Assembly (NCBI RefSeq): GCF_052425735.1
Contig: NC_135759.1
Location: 31,682,001 to 31,746,000, forward strand
Length of the DNA: 64,000 nt
Reading direction: 5' to 3'
Source: Oculina patagonica
Taxonomy: Eukaryota
Numbering within the stretch: the first letter of the stretch is position 1; every line of letters starts with the position of its first letter. The notes beneath the pieces are model-generated. The model did not search any database and was not told the origin of the DNA. It saw nothing but the letters and a program-made list of their open reading frames with translations. The position numbers were made by a program, and so were the translations under genes. This document shows, piece after piece, positions 26,217 to 38,069 of the stretch.

Positions 26217-27645
26217 ATGGCTTTCATCATGGCTTTTCTTCTGAAGAGATGGCTCTTGGTTTTGTCGCTGGTGCTGGTTGTCGGTGAAGCGACTTTTGTA
26301 TTTAAAGGTAGAAAAAGCTTTTTAAAAAATATCCCCTATCTATAATGAAATATGGAAGGATGTTAAACTGCGACATCGATGGTATGGTTCCTTAAACGTC
26401 TGTATATTTTCAACAGGAGAACGTGTATTGGCAAGAAAACCACACAGCACCTACTCTTATGGTAATGTGACCGAAGAAAAAGAAACTACATTCCTGGTCA
26501 CATTCGACAGCGGAGATCAAATTGAGTATAGCTTTGAGGACAAAACAGCAGTTGCATACGACTCCATTCCAGCCTGGGTTACCTTAGGTGATCATGTTCT
26601 TGCAATGTCGCCGATGGCAAATCGGAGCGGACAATACCTTGTTGGCTTTGTGTCTGCTGATTTTTGTCGAGGACAAGACAAAGAAAATTATGAGATCACT
26701 TTGGACAACGGTCACCAAGTCAGCAACTACACTCGCAATAAGTTGCGAAAGCTTCCTTTCTTCTCCTCAATTCATCAAGGTAAGAGTTTCGGTACCGGCT
26801 ACTATAAATGACGTAATTAGCATGTTAGTATTAAGATGCTTAGCTATTTTACACTTTGAAATGCGCTTTCCTTTAAAAATTTATACAAGGTCGATTGCCA
26901 AAACGCCATGTTAACTCTTTTTGATTCCAAGAGTCAATCCTAAAGTTTGTTAAATGTGTTTAATATCTTTGGGTTCGTGAATAAGAACCTAAATAAAAGT
27001 ATGACCGTCCCTCAGCACGCCTTTTGACAGGTTTAGCAGTCAATGGGTTAAGTTTGAGATTTTTTTCCACCTGTGGGAAGGGTTAAAATAGTTGGTGCCA
27101 AAAAAGAATAAAATGAAACTTCAGTGAATGTCGTCTTTGTAACCTGATGCCTGATAAAGGCCTAACAATACCGAGGTCAAATGCACATTTTATCTGCAGT
27201 TTACTTTGTGCTGGAGGTTAAGACTATTGCTGAGTATCTAAAGTTCTTGATTTCTTCCCTTCTTTCAGCTGGAGCTCGTGTCTTTGCTCGAGGAGATGAC
27301 AACCTCTACTACAGGGGACTCGTGAAAAATACAAGTTACCATGGCAATACTCTTTACATAAACGTGCAACTGGACCAATCAGGATCCATTTCGCATCAAG
27401 CAAGTGACGAAAGAGCCATCGTCCTCGACGTAATCCCGTCATATAGTCACGTGCACGCAACTCAGCGCGTGATTGGTTATTATCCCGGGTACTCAAGTTA
27501 CCTTCCTGGAACAGTGCTAAGACGGAATGTGCGCTGCTGGAAATCTGCTTACCGCGTCCGGTTTGACATGGGAACGCAGCGAGAACAAGATTTTAATGAT
27601 ATTCGAATTCTACCTCCATATGTACAGTTTTTATTCTCTCCCTAA
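26217..27645 (+). CDS. Secreted protein with four tandem Tudor-like domains, paralogue 1 (276 aa, divergent)
   Basis: Exons 26217-26307 (signal peptide MAFIMAFLLKRWLLVLSLVLVVGEA), 26417-26779 and 27269-27645; both introns are phase 1 and the total is 831 nt. Repeats GERVLAR...VTFDSGD, GDHVLAM, GARVFAR..LYYRG and QRVIGYYPG...RVRFDMG. Four N-glycosylation sequons (NVT, NRS, NYT, NTS). AATAAA near 27872. Confidence 0.85.
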
Positions 27646-28087
27646 AGCGGAGCCCAAGGTTATTTTGGAAAGAAAAATGTCCTTTGGGAAGTGGTAAAGA
27701 ATCCGAGAAAACTCAGCAAAAGACAAATTAGTTTTATTTTGCTAGAAAAATAGCATAGAAAATACTCGTGGTCCTAAACCCATGAATTGTAATTTCAAGT
27801 TACCATTCAGGCTGAGGAGGCTTCTTAATGTCAATGGAAGAAGTTGAAAATGAATGTATGTAGTAAGCGGTAATAAAACGAGGTTCAAATGCTCATTTAA
27901 GACTGTAGTTCGTCTTCAGTTGTTCGAAGTTGTGTTAGTCTAAAGGAAGTTGGTTCAAAACCAGTCCATTAAAAGGTGTAAACACCATTTATTCTTAGCA
28001 GAAATTTTCTTTGATCGCTAGCTCCTGGGGAGTTTTTTAGGCTTAAAGTCATCGATTAATTGATAGATTGATTGTTCGTTAACTGAA

Positions 28088-28456
28088 CTAGATCGTCGAG
28101 CCAAAATTTCTGATTGCCTTTCTTCTCTTCATTTTATTGCTTTCCAATCTCGAAATATCCCGCAGCATAGCGTCAATTTCCCTCTGTAGTTGGCGATTTT
28201 CCCTCGTGAGTTTGCCAATCTCAAACGCAACTTCCATCAAACCAGATCTGAGGAGAACAGCTGCCTTCAATGTTATACTTTGGCGTTTTCTTGCTTGTTC
28301 CTGATCGTAATGTAATTTAGTGCGTTTATTTCCTTGGTCACTGTGATGATGCCATTGACGACAAGAATTATGATGACTGTCGGTCACGGAACATTCGTCC
28401 TTTATGAGTCCATCAGAGTCACAAGATGGCGACGAGTTGTAGCTTTGTTCTTCCAT
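28088..28456 (-). CDS. CIPC: CLOCK-interacting pacemaker (CIPC)-like protein, 122 aa
   Basis: C-terminal RKRQSITLKAAVLLRSGLMEVAFEIGKLTRENRQLQREIDAM matches the CIPC coiled-coil pattern (LxxSGLxxI..xxLxxxNxxxQxExDxL). Acceptor at 28522; non-coding upstream donors at 29705 and possibly 28924; minus-strand AATAAA near 27988. Confidence 0.75.
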   Translation of the reverse strand: MEEQSYNSSPSCDSDGLIKDECSVTDSHHNSCRQWHHHSDQGNKRTKLHYDQEQARKRQSITLKAAVLLRSGLMEVAFEIGKLTRENRQLQREIDAMLRDISRLESNKMKRRKAIRNFGSTI

Positions 28457-29008
28457 AACTTTCGCATGTAGTTGTCTCGGCTCATTCGTATTCCAGAATT
28501 CTTATTGTTGCTACGTTGTCCCTGTTAAAACCGAGAAGAGATGAACTTGTATTCAGAATTCTGTAAAAAGAAAGCGAAAAAGAGAGTCAGGAAAACATCC
28601 TTATGGGTAAACTATTGATAAACTTTCTGCCTTTCTAATAATAACTTAAATTTAACTGGGTACCAGTAATCATCCTCTTTCTTTATCATTAGGACATCAA
28701 ATATTGGCAATATCATGTATGATTTAATAATGAAGACGACTAGTGAAAAATATCGAATAAGGCAAATACTGGCCGTTCCACAGTGGACTAACAAGACAAC
28801 GTTTGCGATTCATTCGAGATGGGGATCATTTGGTTTTAGAACAAAGTCGATGCATCGATGATGGTCTCAGTATCTTCAATTCTGTGTAAAAACTAAAATC
28901 TTAATTTAAGATGTTTCGTCTTACCCCAGCACCAGAAAAATAGCTGGCACTATTATTATTATTGTTGCGTTGGAGTTGTCTGATGCTTATAACAATTCTG
29001 GTCGGGTG

Positions 29009-30305
29009 CACGTGGGTTAGGTTATAAACGTGAAAGTGGCACATGCTCATTCAGTTACATGTGACAGGTCACGTGTATCTGAATGAGCATGTGCGTGTTT
29101 AAAAACACGTTTTGCAAACTAACATCCACCAGCACACAGTCAGGTCGCCAGCTGTTTCATATAAGCTTGGTTGCAATTAAATCTTTATTATTTATGTTAT
29201 GAGAGCTCGTAAGTTATTCGGTCGTTTTCCGCTTCGGCCAACACTATACTCTCAATTGCTTGATATCAATACTTCGACATTAAATAAGCATACCCGGCTG
29301 GAAGATTCAGAATTTTCGACCCGGATTTTGATTCCCCAAACGTTTTGTGGTTTACATTTTCTCACTTTTCAGCCAACTTGAGTGCAAATACTTTCTAAAT
29401 TGTACAAAATTTGTGTACAGCGAGCTACATTATGCACCGCAAGCTACATGCAATGGTTCATGTTGTGGTAATTATGTGATTGGGTTATTATATGCAATTT
29501 AAACAGAATGAATTTTTATCGCCAACGAACAAATCCAACTTTCGAACAAAATGGCAGAATTTAAATATCTTCCTAAACAACAAGCATTCCATCTAAAGGC
29601 ACAAACGGTTATTAGAACTGATATGCTGTAACTGCTAAAAAACGAACACAGGCCAGGCTGCAATACTTATGTTTACAGCATGTCGGCTACAAGAGTTATT
29701 CTTACCTTTTCTCGCTCGCCGGAGAAGTGAAAATTGTCCTTAAACTTTCTGTAAACGCTGTTCACTTGATTAGCTTTGATTGAGTTACCGTTCACTGAAT
29801 GCTCTCCCTAAACAAACTTCTTCTCGGTTAAAACATGTCTCAAATGAGATGCAGGTGAGTAAAAACGTGAGAGCTAGGAGCTCACGTGGCAATTGTTTAA
29901 ACACGTTTTCTGTTAGCTAAAGCTTTGCACAGTTATCACGACCTTTGGAATAAAATAACGATTGTTTATTTTAACTGAGTGATTGCTTGAGAATCCTGAC
30001 CCATTTCAGTCATAGGGCTGTCTGGTCACGATTCGCCGCTAGGAACGTGAACATCAATGAATTGTCTTGGTCGATAATAAACACTGCCGTACTTTTTTAG
30101 GTATTTCTGGGAAAAAAGAGTTGATTTGGTTAATCCCTCGATTTTTGCTGATATTGGGAGACATTTACAATAGAAATGCCGCCATTTTGGTTCATTGTGA
30201 CTGAAGGTGCATGGGGTCATGGCGGCTACTGTGACGTTAATTGAGTCGTCGACAATCTACATTCCCGTTTCTTACTTGCTTTATTAAGAAAAGTGCCGGA
30301 AGTAG
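29009..30305. promoter_or_regulatory. E-box-rich regulatory region of the CIPC-like gene
   Basis: CACGTG at 29009, 29070 and 29883. CACGTT/AACGTG at 29027, 29106, 29864, 29902 and 30044. CACATG/CATGTG at 29040, 29058 and 29088. YY1-like CGCCATTTT near 30180 and ETS-like CCGGAAGT near 30296. Confidence 0.7.
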
Positions 30306-31957
30306 GTCGAAAAAAAAAATGACAGTTGCAACCATGGGCATATTAGTAAGCTGCAGCAATACTCGAATGCTTTACACAACATTATTTTAAGCTGGAAACA
30401 AAGAAACGAACAGACACGCTTAAGGCTTTACAATTAAAACTGTTATTAACAGAGGCACTGAGGCCCATACACCAAGCATTTTAAATCAATGATTTTGTGA
30501 GATGCAGTATATAATGTATAAGAGCCCCGCGCCACTGTTCCGTTCACAACACGACTATCACGCGATTAACGTCTTTCCATCAATTCATGAATTCGCAATA
30601 ACAGCAGCAGGTTAGTTCTTTATCGCTATAACGCATTAATATCGGCGGCGATACACACGAGTTTACCGCATAAAAAGGAGGTCTTTTTATATACACCCCA
30701 GGAATGGAATAAAATACATGATCATAAAAGTTTGAAAAAGGAAGAAAAATATTGTCAAGCTTAACTTGCCTTCCAACACAAAACAAACCGGCAGACCGTT
30801 TCAAAACTATAAAAATTCAGAGGTCAATATTCTCCTTAATGTGCATTATACACCAGGTATACATTATAGTAACCGTAAAAACTCCCGAGGAAGGGCGTTA
30901 TAGAGAGGGGGGTTGTTATTAGATACCGAGGCTTACTATATCAGCTTATAGGGTACATATATAAAGAAAATAAAGTAGACGTTTTAGAGTTTTGGTACTG
31001 TTTGGCAACACATATTTTCAAACAATATCAACAAAGCAACGATAAATACCTTTAAAAGCGTAAAGTTACCTTGTTTCCTTGCTTATAAATTGTCGTGATT
31101 TACCAGTGAGGGGGGGGGGGAGATTATTAAAAATTTGAACTACCTGACGAGGAGGCTCATTAAATAGGGACAGGCTTAAAAGAGAGCGAAAAGGGAGAAG
31201 GTTAATACAGCTTTAACGTTTGAGCTTTATAGCTAAAATTTGGCATTATGAAATGCATCGAGACAGTTTGATGCGTTTTTATTAAATTATTTGGTAAATT
31301 TTCGTGTCTGGGTGAATTTAGCTTAAAAGTCCCAATAAGTATCCGTAACATAAAGCAAACTGGGAGTTTAATTAATATGAACTGATTAATGTTTGCCTGT
31401 GGGATTTCTCAATTATGCTTTCCATTCATAAATTAATTGCCTATTTTCAAAGTGCCGTTAGAAAAGGTATTATTAAAGGTCGGCTAACAAGCAAAGTTTG
31501 TTTACATCACATTATCAGTGGGCCATGTTTCTAGTTTACCGACTACTTAACCAAGTTTTATATCAGCTATTTAGGAGAGTGATTTCTTCGATTTTTTTGG
31601 ATATTTTGGTGATCACTCGTTTATCGCTTTTATTCATCACTGAAATTCCATAGAAGGCGAAGTCACTTTAAAAGTTATGAACTGGGAAAATACTCACAAT
31701 AAACTACTATATTTTTACCACAGGAAGAAAAGTCATGTATGGCTTGCTTGTTTTACTTTTATCTTCTGAAGGACTGTTTGTTATTAAATTGGACGGATAA
31801 TGTTTACTATCAATTTACCAACACTCGCATTTTGTTCAAACACTAACTAGGACGACTAATTTATGTTGCCGAGGAAATCGTATTGTTATTTTTTTCAGGT
31901 GGACTGCATGATCTGATAGTTCGGCTTAATAATAAACATAACGAGAAGCAACCTTAA

Positions 31958-32288
31958 AGCTGATTTCCAGTCCGTACTGCGCAGACTCGGGGTTTGTTTT
32001 CGTTTTTGTTTTGAATTCGTTAAAACGTTGCACTTCGTTGACAGCATACATGAAGTGTTTTTAGTCCGCCATTACAGTTCGCTTCGTTCAAGAATTTCCG
32101 GTGAGCTGAAACGTCGGTTTGAAATAGCGTCAAGGTTCTTTACTTGTTATTATTTGTTCTGCAAGGATATCTGGCGTTATTAATGAAGAAACAGGTAAGT
32201 TTGTCACGTAATTTTTAGTTTTGCTTTGTTTGTGAGGCTCACATAAACATTGCAGCCGAGATTGCGCAGTACGGACTGTAATTCATCT
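31958..32288. mobile_element. TTAA-targeting (Kolobok-like) MITE
   Basis: TTAA|AGCTGATTTCCAGTCCGTACTGCGCAG ... TGCGCAGTACGGACTGTAATTCATCT|TTAA. Confidence 0.7.
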
Positions 32289-32710
32289 TTAAGTGCGTCG
32301 TTGCAAAGTTCTTTCCTTTTACTTAATAAATTAATATAAATGGACGGAGGACAGAGTGAAAGATAAATGAAGGAGAGAAGGAAGAAAAGAAAGAAACGAG
32401 TAAAGGATGGAGGAAATTTACCATTTCTTCCTACAGGTTTTTCTGCCACAAATAAGTGAAAATTCTCAAGGCAAAACAAACAGTATAGCAATTACGGAAC
32501 TAATCTATCCTGATTTGACTTTCTTCGATATATGTTCTCTTTGTGTCAAATACCTAATATCGGTCCATGATAATATTAGTTTTTTCCTTGTTTAAATAGA
32601 ATATTATAATTATTGGTTATTATGTGCAAACAAAAATAATTTAATCCTGAGTGTCACGGTTTTCTTTGCCACTTTAAATTGATCAGCATTCTGTACGACG
32701 CACGACGAAA

Positions 32711-34734
32711 ATGAATATCTTTTTTCGTGTCATATTGGTTTTGTTGCCGGCTGTTGTTCCAGCCTTTAACGGTGAGTAGTACACCTGAACTTAATTCTAT
32801 TAATTTACGACGAATAATATATTGCAACGTTTCCATGAAGAAGAATTAGAGTGCTTTAATAACAGCTGAAGCAAGTCGGAAGGACAGGAAGGTGAAGATT
32901 TTGATAACTTGGGCTAGAACAGGCCCTTACTTTTAATCTTAATGTCTTAATTTTGTAGTTTTAGCTCCGGTCATCATTACATGTATGTAGAAACCTGCGA
33001 TCTAATTTTAAAACTGAAAAAAAAAAAAAAAATGAATTGATGCACATTCATTGTACGCAAAATTATAAAAGGGAGAAATAATTTCTTTATGCCCCAAAAA
33101 TGTATTTGTAGTTGGCGATCGAGTGCTAGGACGTTGGACAAACAATCTTTATTATCCTGGTGTGGTTGAAGAGCGCCCGTCCGGTGAATTGATTAAAATC
33201 AAGTTCGATGATGGAGACGAGATCACACACAACGTCAATGATGTGTCAGCGGTTCTTCATGATAAAGCCCTAACAAGGGCAAAGGCTTATCCTGGACGAC
33301 ACGTGATTGCCGCGTGGAAAGGAAGCGCCAAGCAGTACATTGGCTTTGTTACCGGGATTTCAGATTCACGGTATCGGGGAAACCGAAAGTTCAGAGTGCT
33401 GTTCGATGACAACGATGAGGATGATTACAGCGCCGGGGACCTTCGAGAGTTCCCGGATGCTGCGTCTCCGTGGGAAGGTAAATTTAATAAAAGCTGTTTG
33501 AGCTTATGCTGATTTAGCTAAAGGTGCCTCCAGTTCAGAAATATAAATTTTCTAGGGCGTATTTACGGATAATTCAAGCTTAACGTTAACTCGACTCGCA
33601 AAAGACTAGAGATAAAACGGTCGTACTCTTTTTAACAATTAGACTACGAGTCTGAGTTTTCTATAAGCAAATAGGCAACAATGTGCGGCCAAGTTAAGAG
33701 GGAAGAAACCCAACTACAAGGCTGTTGTTGAATGTGAGTGACTTTAAGAAATTTTGTGGGTTTCCTTACTTCCATAGAAAACAGGTTGCCAAAGCTTTAG
33801 AAACGACTGAAAACAAATGAAATGATCAAAAATTATCGAATATTTATCGTTCTAATTTATTATAGGTTTTTTTTATATTTCCGTGTTAGCTGTTATCGTA
33901 CTTCTAAAATCACTCACAACCCTAATAAAGCGTCGCGTAAGGTCGTACAGTGCAGCCGCGAGAATGCCAAATAAAACCGACCTGCTTTCATTAGCTTTCA
34001 TTGCATGAGTTGTAATTCTCAAAGTTTGCCACTTTTTCCCACAGCTACATAAATTTAGAAATCACGATAGTTATTTCATAAACACGTACAAAAGAAATGC
34101 CGACTTTTTCATTCTTTTCCTCCTAAAAACGACTACATTCCAGCCGTCAACCTTTGCGAACCATCTACTTCCAAAATCTCAACCGCAGGGAAGTTAAAAG
34201 AGGCTCTGCTCGCAGGGTGGGTTACTTGTGGCTACCAGGGTTATGTGTTGTCGAAAATACGGTATATTTTAATTAGAAAATACGATAAACAGATAACGGT
34301 TGTAGAAAAAAAATAGTTGCCCCGTGTTACAATGAAAATCCTTAAAGTTACGACGACCAAGTTAATAATGTCTTTTTGTTATATGAACAGTTGGAGCCCG
34401 TGTGTTTGCCCGTTGGAGCAATGGTCTTTACTACCGAGCCTTCGTAGTCAAGGCAACCGATTCTGGGGTATCCATCCACTATGATGACGGTGACAATATT
34501 GATCACTCCAAGTCTGACACGGCAGCAGTTATTTTGGACAGGCTCCCTTTTGGCACTGAGCTGCAGTATGTTGGCCAGAGAGTTATTGGGTTTTGGCCGG
34601 GAAGTGCTCCGTACTACCCTGGAATCATTTCTTCGATAAATGCCGGAGTGGAGCCTAGGAAGTATCACGTGAAATTTGATGACGGAGACGAACGAGAAGA
34701 ACACCCTTACCAGATCAGGGTTTTACCTGCTTGA
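32711..34734 (+). CDS. Secreted protein with four tandem Tudor-like domains, paralogue 2 (256 aa)
   Basis: Exons 32711-32771 (MNIFFRVILVLLPAVVPA-FN, donor GTGAGT), 33112-33477 and 34391-34734; phase-1 introns, 771 nt. Four repeats of G.RV...W....YY.G/A.V....V.[FY]DD[GN]D. Confidence 0.88.
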
Positions 34735-37169
34735 AACTCTCAGTGAAATCAGGTACGGCAATGTAGAGGGTGGTAAAATTGAGATTTTCCTTCCTTTTTG
34801 CCTTCATGGGACGTGATTTCAGTCTAAAAGCTGTCTAAATATAATGAGAAACGAGACTGTTTGAAGGCGTTGCGTGAAAGATCATGATGAGAACAAAACC
34901 TGAAATGACCGTTTTGATTGTCCATGAAAGTTGTCTGCACTTCCCCATGGTCACTTGCCTTTACAATCCTCAATAAAACTGGAATAAACAATACCCTATA
35001 TAATATATTTACGTTTGTATTTCAAGGTCAGAAAGGTGGCAACATTCAAGTTAAATTTTTATGTTAAGAACTCGTCCAACGTGTGTGATTAATTCCTTCT
35101 TGCTTCCAGTTTGATTCGATGGTAAGAGAATCAACTAGACCGAAAAGTTTATCAATATTCACTTGGAATTAAAAATTGGTCCTTTTACACCAGCTGGATG
35201 GGTGAGACATGATCTAGTCACTCAGCTCAGTCAGTTCAAACAAGCACTTGTTTTCCGAGCTAATCAAATCCAGTTTTTATTGATGATCTGAAAGGTTATT
35301 TGTATAAATAATGAGAAGATTAAAAATGCAAAACGCTTAATACTGCCACTGACATTAAGCCTTATTAATAACATTGCAAATCATTTAAAATTGTTTTTAA
35401 TGCGTTTATGTTTTGATAGGAAGAGGCAAAGTTACCCTAAAACAGCCTTTCCACGAATGATGGACCTGAAGAAAGCAATTTGTAGTAATTAAGCAGTAAT
35501 TGTATCAGCTGTTTAACTGGTGATGGTTTTAGAAATACGAATCAAATAAAGTTAACGCTTGGGAAATATCTTGTCTCCTTCTATTATATGCTGCAAGTCA
35601 GTTTTCTACTTTGGGACAGCTTACGTGCGGAGATAGATCGGCCATTGCGATCACAGCTAAGAGCAAACGTAACGGGAAAACTCAAATTGACCGAAAGAAT
35701 TTAGTTATGCTGTCAGATTATAAGTGCGCCTGTTAGACCGGCTGGAATACGCGCCTATTTGAATCGTTAAATCCAAGATTTAATGTATAATGACTCTCAC
35801 GCATCATTACCCAGCTCTTCCATTCCGGTTTGATAATAAACTAAGCCAAGAAAAGTCACCTGCCTAGAAACAAAGCACGAGGATAAATTCTGGCTCGAAT
35901 TTACACTCTCCCGATTACAAGTCCAACGGGCCAACCTTTAGGGTACAACTGGATTCAAATGGCACGGATCGCCAGAAATCTCGAAGGCCACGTTTAGACG
36001 TCGTCTAGCTAATGCCGCTATTCTTTTGACATTGTGCTTGTGTGCTTCTCTCACTACTCTCAAAAGAACACTATTTTCGCGCTTTTTAACAAAATGGTCA
36101 TGTACATAATGAAGTAAAGAACTGTGCAGAAATATTTTCAAGACATTTCACTTGCCTTTTACGAAAGATGAATAAAGGAATCAAATATCACCTTACCGTG
36201 ATTCGATAGTATTGCACTGCGCATCCTTACGGCACATAGCACACGTAAATAGCGCGCGCACATTACGAAAATGGCGGCATTTTCTATGCGGCTAAGCTCG
36301 CCAGAGAGATAAATCGTCGTTTTCCCTTAAACGAGTATGGTGACCCATTAATTTTTTTCCAATTCCCTCGTACTTTAAAAAGATGTAGACCAATTTCTAT
36401 TGCAGAAGAATAATTAATCACCGGAAACGTGAACCTAGCCAGTACAAGGTCCACTGAAGGTGTTCCTCTACGAAAAGAATACTGGGAAACCCACATTTTT
36501 TTTCAAAGTTTAACAAGCAACAGGCAAAGTTTGAATAAAAATCTATTGTACGTTCTATGTCAGTGGAAGGGCATGACAGCTGAGGAATACAAGAAAATCA
36601 ATAATAGATTTGACACCAATGGGAGAGAATCATTAAACGTACATAAAAATTCAAATTTGCTCTGTAAGATACGGCTTACGTTTTCAATTTTGAAGCGTGA
36701 TTCCCAGTTTAGCAGATTGAACTAAGGCTGTCGTTTATTTCTCGCATTCTGTTGATAAAACAAAAACGACTAAGGAGCAATTATTATGATCTGTTTCTTT
36801 GAAACAGAGGTGGCATTTCGTCGTTTTATACGACAAAATGAAAACCGGAACTTGGCAACTCACTGAAGCAAATTTGAATTAAAAGTTGCAATTTGGTGAG
36901 ATTAAACTGTCAATCATTATTGATAAATTGCGCCTCAACATTGCAGAATTCCCATCAAAAGAACATCTTATTTGACTGCAAAGCCTGTTAGTCCACTGTT
37001 AAAAATCGTAATGACCGGAATCGTATAGGTAAAACGCCTAGCCCCGGTAAGTAATCTTCCACACGTGGACGTTTACTTGGACGATACGTTTGTGAACTCG
37101 TACATTTTTTTTCGTCAATTTTGTTCCACACAAGCCCGGCGATCGTTCAATTACGTATCGTTTACACTT

Positions 37170-37632
37170 GTTAGCGGAGCTCCACAGCGGCCCGAAGGGC
37201 CGCAGAGCGGAGCCCCATACCCATAGAAAATTCACAGAAATAGGAAAACCATGAACGTGAGTTTTCATGGTCATCATGGCTAGCGGCATGGCTCGCGGGC
37301 GCGTACGGCGTACGTACGGTGTTGCGCACTTCAGAAATAGATAAACACTCATCTATTTGTTAATGGGCATCCAAGTTATGGTCAATTGACAGCTGTCAAT
37401 ACAAGGTATCCGCTGACCAGTATCACGTGATCATATCGCGGGCTCAGGTGCATAACTCATCGATGTAACGCGTTTTTATAAAGTTGACCGCTGACCGAAA
37501 AATGGTTTTTCTATTGGATTGCGGGCTCATTAACTATTTTTTTATGCCTACGGTCAATGAATTCAGATATTTTAATAAAGGGCAAAGTAAATTACCGGGG
37601 AGCTCCGCTTTTAGGCTTGGCTAAATCTATTT
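37170..37632. repeat. Interspersed repeat of unknown class
   Basis: Inverted terminal motifs TTAGCGGAGCTCC and GGAGCTCCGCTTTT plus an internal hairpin GCGGCCCGAAGGGCCGC. Confidence 0.4.
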
Positions 37633-37754
37633 AATAACACAGATACGTAAACGCTTAAATAACTATCAAACGAGCACGCCTGGGCACGAGAGTGACACTG
37701 AGCATGGGTCGCTCTCACTAAAATTCTGCTAATGAGGGCGAATAGTTATAAATT

Positions 37755-38069
37755 TTGTTGAGCAGAATGCCAACGGAGTAGCCGTGATGTCTGAGCAGAA
37801 TTTCCAGTAGCCGTGAATTTTAACTTAGCAAGATTTTTAGCAGAATAGATACATATGAATGGCTGAGAACAGAATAGATTTATCTGAGCAGAATGGAGAG
37901 CAGAATAGCTCTATCCGGGCATAATTAAGAGCAGAATACTAAGTGGAATTTTGAGCAGAATAACTCAATCTGAGCATAATGGAGAACAGTGTAACTTTAT
38001 CTGAGCAGAATTGAGAACAGAACAGGCCACTTTTAGACCACCGCCAGCAGGCAGAATTGGCCACACTAG
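37755..38069. repeat. Array of about 13 GAGCAGAAT motifs ending in TGGCCACACTA (probable subterminal region of a DNA transposon end)
   Basis: Repeated (G/T)AGCAGAAT motifs with irregular spacing; the terminus reads TAGTGTGGCCA on the reverse strand, a hAT-like TA start. Confidence 0.55.

Noticed and set aside
32100-32482. Alternative coding first exons for Tudor paralogue 2
   Set aside because: They lie partly within a MITE and lack a clean ATG-signal peptide; exon 32711-32771 gives a much better model.
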